Of a stretch of DNA of 64,000 bases, positions 39,201-48,821 are shown in pieces (position 1 is the first letter of the stretch; each line of letters starts with the position of its first letter). A model generated the notes under the pieces. The model was given only the letters and a program-made list of their open reading frames with translations. It made no database searches and was not told where the DNA came from. Source of the DNA: Scenedesmus sp. PABB004 (lineage: Eukaryota). The stretch is taken from positions 248,001 to 312,000 of the forward strand of contig JABVCE010000009.1 in assembly GCA_014905635.1 (NCBI GenBank), in the 5' to 3' direction. The position numbers and the translations under genes are program-made.

Positions 39201-40465
39201 CAGGCGACCGACCGCGCCCCGCCCGCGCGCGCCGCCGCCGCGGCCGCCCGCGCCGCAGCGTGCTGCCGCCGGTGAGCAAGCTGAGCCTGGAGCAGGTGAT
39301 GTACCACTTCATCAGCGGCTACACCTCCAAGGTCGCGGGTGCGCGGTTGACCGGCCGTTACGGCTGACCGTCACGTTGTTTGACCGTCGCTCTCGCCCGC
39401 CACGCTGCGCGCGCGGCTTCGCCGGGGAGCGAGCAGCGGCTGCGCGCCGCCCGTCCCCCGCCCGCCTGCCCGCCCGCCCTGTCATGTCACGCCCGCCGTG
39501 CAACGCCCTGCCGCTCACCAGGCACCGAGATGGGCGTGACGGAGCCGGAGGCCACGTTCAGCGCGTGCTACGGCGGCGCCTTCCTGATGTGGCACCCCAT
39601 GAAGTACGCGGCGATGCTGGCCGAGAAGATGCGCGAGCACGGCACCAAGGCGCGCCGCGCCCCGCGCCCCGCCCGCCGCGCCGCCGCCCGCCCGCCCGCC
39701 GGGCCCGCGCGCCGCCCCGCCGCGCTCGCGCCGCGCCGGTCGTGACGCGCGGCTCCCCGCCGCGCCGCGCAGGGCTGGCTGGTCAACACGGGCTGGACGG
39801 GCGGGCGGTATGGCGTGGGGTCGCGCATCAGCCTCAAGTACACGCGCGCGATCATCGACGCCATCCACGCCGGCGCGCTCGACACCGTGGAGTGCGCGGA
39901 GATGCCCCTCTTTGGCCTGCAGGTGGGCGCGTGCGCGCGCGTGCAGGGGCCGCGGGGCGGGGCAGCGCGCGGCGGCGCCGCGCGGCGCGGCGCAGCGCGA
40001 GAGCGAGCCCCGCGCCTGACGCCGCCGCCGCGTGGCGCGGCGCGCGCGCAGGTGCCGACGGCCTGCCCCGGCGTGCCGAGCGTGCTGCTCCAGCCCGCGC
40101 TGCAGTGGGCGGACGGCCCCGACTTCAACGCGACACTCACGCAGCTCGCGAGCCTCTTTGTGGGCAGCTTCAGCACCTACCTCGAGGACGCCGCCCTGCA
40201 CGTGGGCGCCGACATGGCGGAGCGCATCCTCTCGGGCGGCCCCGACCTGGCCGCGGTCGCGGAGAGCGAGGCCGCGATCGCCGCGGCCGAGGCGGCCGGC
40301 GCGCTGCCGCACCACGCTGAGCCGCACGCCGCGGCGCCCGGCCCCGACGCCGGCGACGGCGACAGCGACGTCCCGGGCGACGAGGAGCCGGGCTGCAAGG
40401 CCTGCGCCGCGCGGCGCGCGGCCGAGCCCGCCGCAGCGGCGGCGGCGCCGGCGGGCAACGCGTGA
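36265..40465 (+). CDS. PCK1: Phosphoenolpyruvate carboxykinase (ATP), about 15 exons
   Basis: Exon 1 MATKAA(P) 36265-36283 splices in frame to 36526. Motifs [62 protein letters not shown]. Confidence 0.95.
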
Positions 40466-41102
40466 GCGGGCGGCGGCGGCGCGGCTGGCCGGCTGGCCGG
40501 CTGGCGGGGCTGGAGGCTCTCGGCGACGCGGCGGGGGGCGGCTCGGCGACGCGGCTTGTGGCGGGGTGCTGGTTGGGCTCGGGCGCGGCCGGGGCGGTGG
40601 CGCGGCTACTCGGGCGCGGGCAGCGGCGGGCGGGGGCCGGCGCGCGGCGCGGAGGGAAGCGCCGCGCGCCGGGGTTGGCGAGTGCGCGAGCGATGCTGCT
40701 GCGTGTACAGGCGTTGGCGTGTGTGCGTTGGGGCGGTGCGTGTGCGTTGGGGCGGCGGCGGCACTGGTGCCTCCAACACTCTCACTCTCACTGCTGTATG
40801 TATCACCACCCAGGATGCGATGCGCGGCAGTTTTGGGGCGGCGCCGTGCGTGCGTGTAGGCCGGGGGCTGCGAATGCCTTACCACCGTCAGACGTCTCAC
40901 GGGGACAGCACACGGAAGCTCGTCCCCGGCTCGGCCGCTGTCAGCGCGGCCGTGGCTGGTTCGGGGCGGGCGGCGGCGGCCGCGGCGGCGGTCCCTCTCT
41001 GACTGCCGGCGCGCGCCAGGCGGGGCGGGGGGTGCGTGGTGTGTGCGGACCATCAGACGGACGCGCGCGAAGGCGGGGCGGCAACAGCTTTGACGCGCGT
41101 TC

Positions 41103-42704
41103 TCAGCCCACGCGCTGCCGCAGCCCCGGCAGAAGGTAGTCCCGCCGCGCCCAGCCGTGGCGCCGCCAGCCCGCCGCGCCACCGCCACCGCCGTCCGCCA
41201 GCTGCAGGCCGCCCGCGCCCGGCGCCGCCACGAGCGCGCCGGCGCCGGCGCCGCCGCCCGGGTCCGCGGCGCCGGCCAGCACGCCGGGCGGCGGCAGGGC
41301 GCGGCGCGCGGGGTCTGGAGCGTACCCGAGCGGCAGGCCGCCAACGCCCGGCTGCAGCGCCTGGACCTCCTCCCACGCCAGCTGCGGCACCGCGTGCGCG
41401 GCGAGCGCCTCGGGGCCGCCGCCCTCCTCCAGGACGTCGAGCAGCTCGTACACCTGCGCGCGATCGGCGGGCGCCGCCTCGCGCGGGCCCGCGGCTCGCC
41501 TGGCGTGCTGGCCGCCGCGCTGGCATGCGTGCGCGTGCCACGGCGTAGAGCCGCGCACGCGCCGGCCGCACCTGCGCCTGCAGCGCGGCGGGGTGGGTGA
41601 TCATGATGTCGAGGTCCCCCGCGTCCAGCGACAGCAGCTTGCCCAGCACCGGCTCGGGCAGCGCGAGCGTGACGGGCGCGTCCGGCGCCGCGGCGGCCGG
41701 CGCGCGCGGGGCGCCGGCGGCAAAGCCCGCCGCCGCCGCGGCCGCCGCCACGGCCGGCGAGTCGGCCGCCGCCTCTGCCGCCGCGAGCAGCGCGTGCGTG
41801 CTGTCGCCGCCGGCGAGGGCGGAGCCGAGGTGCAGCTCCAGCAGCGCGGCGTGGATGCGCTGGCGCGTCCACTTGTTGTAGTAATACCACTTTGGGCGGG
41901 GGCGCAGCACCTCGGGCAGCCGCAGCTCCGCCTCCTCCGCCAGCTGGCCCAGCAGCCCCGCCAGCCCGCCGCGCCGCCACGCCGCCGCCTGCGCGGGCGC
42001 GAGCTCCGCCGCGAGCGCTGCCAGCCGCGCGGCGAGCGCGGGCTCGCCCGGCGCGCGCGCGGCGGCGGCGGCGGCGTGCACCACGGCGTCCGGCCACCGC
42101 GCCAGCGCGGCGTGCACCTCGGCCGCCAGCGACAGCGCTGGCACCCAGGCGCAGGCGGGCGCGGCCGGCGCTTGCACCGGCGTGGCCGGCGCTGGCACCG
42201 GCGCGGCCGGCGCTGGCACCGGCGCGGCCGGCGCTGGCGCCGGCGTCGTCTCCGCGGTCGGCGCTGGCGGCGGTGCGAACGCGAGCGCGGCGTTGGCGTC
42301 GCGCAGCGCCTGGCGGGTGTTCCCCGCGTGGAGGTACGCCCAGCCGCGCGCCCACGCGATCACGTGCCGCGGCGCTGCAGAGGGTGGGCGGGCAGGTCAG
42401 GGGGTCCAGGTCAGGGAGCGTGCAGGCTGCAGCGGCGGCGCTCACGCAGCGGCGGCTCACGCTTGCGGGCGCGCAGCGGCGCAGCGTGCTCGGCGAGCTC
42501 GGCCGCGAGGTGCGGGCGCTCCGCGGCGGCCGCCACCAGCGCGCCCGCAAGCTCTGCAGCGCCCATGCGCTCGTGGCGCGGAGGCAGGCGCAGCAGCGCG
42601 CCGTCGCGGGCGCTGAAGTGCGCTGGGCGCTCGGCGGCGGCGACCGCAGCCGCTGCCGCCTCTGCCGCCTCTGCCGCTGCCTGGGCGAGCCCCTGCGCGT
42701 CCAT
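41103..42704 (-). CDS. TPR-repeat protein with C-terminal MLLE/PABC-like segment
   Basis: TPR-like helices ARGWAYLHAGNTRQALRDANAAL and LAAEVHAALARWPDAVVHAAAA; C-terminal LGKLLSLDAGDLDIMITHPAALQAQVYELLDVL; two GT-AG introns. Confidence 0.6.
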
Positions 42705-42718
42705 ACCACGCTCTTGCA

Positions 42719-43211
42719 GGGCGGGCGGCGCGCTCCTGCGCGCGCGGCGCTGCTGCGCTGCCGGCAGCGGCGGCGGCCGGAGGCAGCCAGCCGCGCGGCC
42801 GAGCGCTGGATGGGGCGCGGTGAGGAGCGTGGCGGGGTGACCAGGGAGCGGGGCGAGGCGGGAGCTGGGGGCCCGGCTGCAGCCCCACACCCGCGGCGGC
42901 CTGGTTGGCGCCACCGAGGCACCGGCGCAGCGGGCGGGCCCCGGCTCCTGCCGGGCGCAGGCAAGGCTGCCCCAGGTCCCCGCGAGCTCTTTCAGAGTCT
43001 CCCGCGACCGAAATCGGGGCAGGGCTGCGAGTCGGGCGGCCGCTGACTTTTCGGCGCCCGAACGACCGCGCGCGCCGACGCGACGCCGCCTGGCGCCAGC
43101 GCGCGTCTGGCGTCAGGCATGCAGGGCTGCGATCACGGGGACTTTACACAGGCCGCCGCCGCACCGGCAGCGGCGCCCGCGCTCGCTCGGTTCGCTCGCA
43201 CAGGGTCACCT
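42719..43211. repeat. Direct copy (~490 bp) of 48319-48821 (MetRS stop, 3' flank and Kunitz-gene upstream region)
   Basis: Colinear with the second copy at an offset of about 5600 nt with few substitutions; includes TTACA (43144-43148) and GGGTCACCT. Confidence 0.95.
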
Positions 43212-43212
43212 T

Positions 43213-43487
43213 AAAACTGTGGGCGCGCCGGGGCCGGCGGCGCGCGGGGCCCGCGCGTCCCGGGGAGCCCGCACCGCGCCCGCCCACACTCGCAGAACCC
43301 TTCTGCCCTGCCAGCCCAAAAAATGCTCGAAACCGCCCCCTTGTCAGCCAGGGGGCCAGCCAGGGCCGCACACGGGCGTCTGTCGGCGGCTCAGCGGCCA
43401 GGGCGGTCGGCAACGCCGAGCAGCAGCAGGCGGCAGCAGCATGGCGCTCACGTCGCGCCCGGGCGACGCGGGCGCGCTCAAGGTCGC
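43213..43487 (+). repeat. Inverted copy (~275 bp) of MetRS upstream region plus first ~16 codons (54774-55047)
   Basis: Reverse complement match; ATG at 43441 reads [16 protein letters not shown], identical to the MetRS N-terminus. Confidence 0.95.
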
Positions 43488-43493
43488 GCCAGC

Positions 43494-46198
43494 TCACGCA
43501 GGCAGGTGCAGGCTGCGCCCGAGCGGCAGCAGGTGCACGACGAGCTGCTTGTCGCGCCGCCGCGGCAGCAGCCTCGGCGGCTGGTCGTGCCGGTGCGCGT
43601 GGGCGTCGTGGTGATGGTGCGCGCCGGGCTCCGCCTCCTCCTGCGCCGCCGACTGCTCGTCCAGCGCCGCGCAGCGCACCACCTGCGCGCGGGGGGCGGC
43701 ACAGTGTGTGAGCGGCAGCCGCCGCGCAGAGCCGGCGGCGCGCCGCAGCATGCCTCGGCACGCACGTGCACGGCCTGCAGGGCGCCGTGCGGCGAGCGCT
43801 CCAGCTCAAACGCGGGCACGTCACACGCGTCGAGCACGAGGCGCCCGAGCAGCGGCGCCGCGGCGACGACGGCCGCGGCAAAGCCCGGTCCGAGCGGCGC
43901 GGCGGCGTGGCGCAGCGCGAGCGAGCGCAGGCTCGCGCCCGCGCCGGCGCGCAGCAGCTCCAGCAGCGCCGCCTCGCTGAAGGACGGCCGCCAGCACGCG
44001 GCGCGGCCGGCGCCGTCGGCGGTACAGCAGTCCTCGAGCCGCAGGTGCTGCAGCGCGCACGCGCAGGCGGCCAGCGCGGCGAGCAGGCCGTCGCTGAGCC
44101 CACGTGCTCGGACGAGGCACAGGCTGGCGAGCGTGGTCCAGGGCGACGACGGGGCGGCGCGCGGCAGGCCGAGCAGGGCGAGCAGCTGCGCGTCTGTCGT
44201 GGGCATGGGCGGGCCGTCCAGCTGGAGCGTCGACATGCGCCAGCGGTGCCGCGGCGGCGGGCCTGGCGCCATGGCCGCGTCAAAGGGCCCCACACACTGC
44301 TGCAGCTGCAGGCAGACGAGCTTGGGGCAGCCGCCAAGCACCGCCGCGACGCCTGCGCGGGCAGCAGCGGCCGCGCGATGGGCGGGCGAGGGCGCCCGAG
44401 CGCGGAGCGGGAGCGCCGCACGCACGCGGCCCTCGCCGGCGGCGGCCAGCGCACCGTGACTGCTGACGGCGCACAGCGTCAGGCAGAGGCGTGCCAGGTG
44501 GGGGCAGCTGGCGGCCAGGCAGCGCAGGGCTCCGTCGTCCACGCCGGCGCCCACGCCTGCCGTGAGGCTGTTCAGCAGCGGCGCGCGCCGCAGCAGCACG
44601 CACACGCCCGCGGCAGACCAGCCCCAGCCCACAGCAAGCTGCACGACGCACGGAAGCCGCGGCTGCGGCGGCTGGTCAGTCACGTGCTGCTGCTGCTCCG
44701 CCTGCTGCTCCTCAGCTGCCAGCCGCAGCAGCGCGGCCTCCAGCTTTGCCGTGCCGCCTGCGGCGCGAGGCGTGCGGCGAGCGTGCGACCACACAGACCT
44801 GCCATCAGCGCGGCGCGGGGCGCGCGCGCGCGGGCGCGCGCTTGCCGCACCGTCCGCGGCCAGCGTGACGCAGCCGGCCGCTCCCAGCCGCCGCAGCGCG
44901 CTGCAGCTTGTCAGCAGAGCGGCCAGGCAGGCGGCGCTCAGGGCCGTGGCATCAGACAGGTCCAGCTCCACCAGCCGCGCCAGTGCCGCCGACCAGGCCG
45001 ACGGCGCCGCGCTGGCGCTGCTGCCGGCCGTGCAGGCGCCGTGTGGGGTGAGCGCGGCGTCTGCGTTGATCCTGCGCGCCACGAGCACTGCGGCGACAGA
45101 CGGCGGCGGCAGGTCGGCGGTTGCCTGCGGCCGCGCGCATGCGCGCGCACGCGGGGGCGGCGCCGCGCCGCCGCACCTTCCAGCCGCGGCAGGCGGCACA
45201 GCGCGGCTCGGAACTCCGAAAACGGCCCGCCCCCGCCCCCGTCCGGGGGGCCCTGCAGCCCCGCGCAGCCCGACACGTCCAGCACGCGCAGCTGCGGCCC
45301 GATGCTGCCCCCACGGCTGCAGAACAGCGCGGGACGAGGGCCCGCCGGGCGCTGCGCCGCGCCGCGCTCGGGTGCCAGCGCCGCAAACGTCGCGCCCGCC
45401 GCGGCCGTGCCCGCCAGCCCCAGGCTGGCCAGGCCGCTGCTGCAGCGCCGCAGCAGGCACATCATGCTCTGCTGGCTCAGGGCCGCCAGCCCCGACAGAT
45501 CCAGGTGGCGGATCCCCGCCACAAAGCCCTCGGGCGCGTCCAGCGCCAGAAACTCGGCGTCACCCGCCGCTAGGGGTCCCTGGAGCGCGAGCGCCGACTC
45601 CCCCCGCACCAGCGGCAGCTGCAGCAGGCGCGACGCGGGCGCCTGGCCGGGCAGCAGGCCCAGGCCGAGCGCCGCGTCCGCGCCGGCGCCGGGCGCCAGC
45701 CGCGGCGGCCAGGGGCTCGCGAGCGCCGCGACGCTGGCGGGCGGCGGCGGCAGGTGCAGCAGCAGCGCCTGCGCCTGCGCCTGCGGCGGCGCCTGCGGCG
45801 CCGCTGCCTGCGCCTGATCCCCGCCAGCGGGCGTCTGCTTGAGCGCCCGCATGACCTGACCCAGGCGCGTGGCGGTGTCGCGCGTGCAGAGGTGCTCCAA
45901 AAAGCGCTGCAGCTGCTGCAGGCCGTGCCACGACGCGCAGCTCGCCAGCACGTCGGCGACGGGGTTGCAGCGCTGCGCGCCGGCGCCCGCCGGCGCCCGC
46001 GGCAGCGGCGGCGCCGCTGCGCCGCCCCACTGGTTGGGCTGGCGGTCGGGGCCCGCAGGCGGCAGGTGGCCGCGCACCAGCGCGCCGCCGGCGCCGCCGC
46101 AGAGCATGGCCGTCGCGGCGCCGTCGGTGATCAGGCATCCCGTCTCCCGGAGTTGCGCCCCGGCCGGCACAAAGAAGCCGCTGAAGTCGACGAGAGGC

Positions 46199-46236
<38 letters not shown>

Positions 46237-46553
46237 GTGGTGCTGCTGGTTGTGGTGCTGCCGCACCGCTGCCGCGCGCTGCACGGCGTCCAGCAGCAGC
46301 TGGTCCCGCCACCCGCCCGCGGCGCCCGCGTGCAGGCTGCTGCGCGCCGCCGCGCTGCGTGCCGCCAGCGAGCCTGCCTCGGGGCAGCGCCTGCTGCCGC
46401 TGGCGCGGCCGGGGCTGCGCGTGGCGGCGCACCGAGCAGCAGCAGCGCGCAGCAGCGCCGGCAGCAGCACGCCAGCGCGAGCTGGTCCGGCAGCTCGAGC
46501 CGGGACGCCACCGCCAGAAGCAGGACGTCCGGCAGATCGCCGGCCAGCGCCAT
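43494..46553 (-). CDS. F-box / leucine-rich-repeat (RNI-like) protein
   Basis: MALAGDLPDVLLLAVASRLELPDQLALACCCRRC (F-box); LRRs IRHLDLSGL, LRVLDVSGC, LVELDLSDA, LRRLGAAGC, LQHLRLEDC. Confidence 0.8.
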
Positions 46554-46740
46554 GCTGCGGGCGGCCGAGCAGCGCCGGCGGCGGTGGAGCGGCGGTCGCC
46601 GCTGTCGCTGCTGCCCTCGCGTGCGGCGCGGCGGCCTGGTGTTGCTGTTGTTGCAACAGCTGGCGCACACCACAACTTCTGACGGCCGCCGCAGCCGCCG
46701 CGGCACAGCCGCACGCTCAACCGCAAAGCCCTGAACGCGG

Positions 46741-48252
46741 TCACGGCACTGCCGCGGCGAGCAGGCCGGCCGCCGCCGCGGCGAGCGCGGCGCCGGCGCC
46801 CGGCGCGCGCGCGCGCTGCCCGACGCCGCCGGCGCGGGCTCGGGCGCGCCGCCCGCGGCCAGCACGACGTCCGGCTCGGCCTGCACCGGCACCGGCACCA
46901 GCGAGAAGCCGGGCGGAGGCGGCGGCGGCAGCGCCGGTGCGCCGGCGGCGCCGGTGCCCGCGCACGCCGCGTCGCACACGGCCTCGCTGCCAAAGTTGTT
47001 GCCGTTGCCGCCGCATCCGCCCCAGGTGAACGCCACGCAGCGCGCCGCCTCGGCGCTCCACGCCCAGCGCCGGATGGAGGCGCGGCAGGGCCCGGCCACC
47101 GGCGGCAGGCGGCAGAGCGCGAGGCGCGCGGGCAGCGCGGCGTAGCCACCCGCCGCGCTGTCGTCAAGTTGGGGCGCGCTGGCGGGGTCGCCGCCGGCCG
47201 TCGCGTTGCCGGCGGCGCGGTAGGTGGCGTTGCCGGCGCCGCCGGTGACGTTGACCGGAGACTCGGGGCTTGGCGGCGGCGCAGGCGAGGTGCCCGGCTC
47301 CTCGGCGGGCGGCGCAGGGCTGGCGGGGCTCGGCGACGGCGCAGGCGAGCTGCCCGGCTCGTCGACCGGCGGCGCTGGGCTGGCGGGGCTCGGCGACGGC
47401 GACGGTGGCTTCGGGGGGCTTGGCGGCGGCGGGGGCGATGGCAGCGGAGGCGGCGGCGGGGGCGACGGCGGCGGCGGGGGCGGCGGCGGGGGTGGGGGCG
47501 GGGGCGCCCCCGCCGGCGGCGGGGGAGACGCGCCCTGCAGGAGGTGCCGCGCGACGGCGTGGTGGCCGCCGCGCGCGCCGGAGCAGCCGAGCGGCGCCGC
47601 TCCGCCGCCCCAGGCGCGCAGGTAGGGCTCCAGCTCAGCCTCGGGGCTGCTCCGGCTCTCGGTGTCGGCCTCTGGGAGCGTGGCGTACTCCACGGCACGG
47701 AGCGGCACCTGTGCGCCACCCCCTGCGCAGGCGCGGCGAGGCGCGGCGGACGGGTCAAACCGCTCCACGCGCGTGGCTCGACCGGCTGCCGCGCTGCCGC
47801 GCTGCCGCGCTGCCGCGCTGCCGCGCACCGCGCTCGCCGGCCTGCAGCAGGAAGACGTAGCGCAGCGCGGCGTGGGCCTCCGGCGCCGCGGCGTGCCCCG
47901 CGCACGTCAGAAGGTCAACGCCGACGACCGCCACGGCCCCCGCGAGCGGGGGCGGGCCCGCGCCGCCCGGCGTCAGCGCCCAGGCGCACTCGACGTCCAG
48001 CGTGGCCGACGCGCCCGTCAGCCCGGCGCCGGCGGCGGCACCGCGGCCGCGCGCCGCGGCCGCCAGGCTGCGCAGCGCGCCCGGCGGCGCGTCGCACGCC
48101 TCGATGCGAGCGCTGACGAGCAGCAGGGCCGGCTCTGGGCTCTCCGCGGTGCGCGCCGGGCTCAGCAGCGCGCCGAGCACGAGCAGGACGGCGAGGGCCA
48201 GCACAGCGAGGTGCCACGGCGCGCCGCCGCGCCGCGCCGGCTGGCCCGCCAT
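46741..48252 (-). CDS. Secreted Pro/Ser-rich (HRGP-like) protein with BPTI/Kunitz domain, probably GPI-anchored
   Basis: Signal peptide WHLAVLALAVLLVLGALL; SPPPP/SPSP repeats; CRLPPVAGPCRASIRRWAW...CVAFTWGGCGGNGNNFGSEAVCDAAC (six Kunitz Cys). The hydrophobic tail ending at 46741 is out of frame by 2 nt as assembled. Confidence 0.8.
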
Positions 48253-48318
48253 GCTGGCGCCTGACGCGCGTGCGTGTGAGGCTAACAAGTCCAGGGCTCC
48301 GGGAATCACGCGCGGGCG

Positions 48319-48821
48319 GGGCGGGCGGCGCGCTCCTGCGCGCGCGGCGCTGCTGCGCTGCCGGCAGCGGCGGCGGCCGGAGGCAGCCAGCCGCGCGGCC
48401 GAGCGCTGGCTGGGGCGCGGCGAGGAGCGTGGCGGGGTGACCAGGGAGCGGGGCGAGGCGGGAGCTGGGGCCCGGCTGCAGCCCCACACCCGCGGCGGCC
48501 TGGTTGGCGCCACCGAGGCACCGGCGCAGCGGGCGGGCCCGCGGCTCCTGGCGGGCGCAGGCAAGGCTGCCCCAGGTCCCCGCGAGCTCTTTCAGAGTCT
48601 CCCGCGACCGAAATCGTGGCAGGGCTGCGAGTCGTGCGGCCGCTGACTTTTCGGCGCCCGAACGAACGCGCGCGCCGGCGCGACGCCGCCTGGCGCCAGC
48701 GCGCGCCTGGCGTCAGGCGGGCACGGCTGCGATCACGGGGACTTTACACAGGCCGCCGCCGCACGGGCAGCGGCGCCCGCGCTCGCTCGCTTTCGCTGGC
48801 GCAGCCGCGGTGGGGTCACCT
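48319..48821. repeat. MetRS 3' flank / Kunitz upstream region, duplicated at 42719-43211
   Basis: Direct sequence match; TGTAA signal on the minus strand at 48744-48748. Confidence 0.95.
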
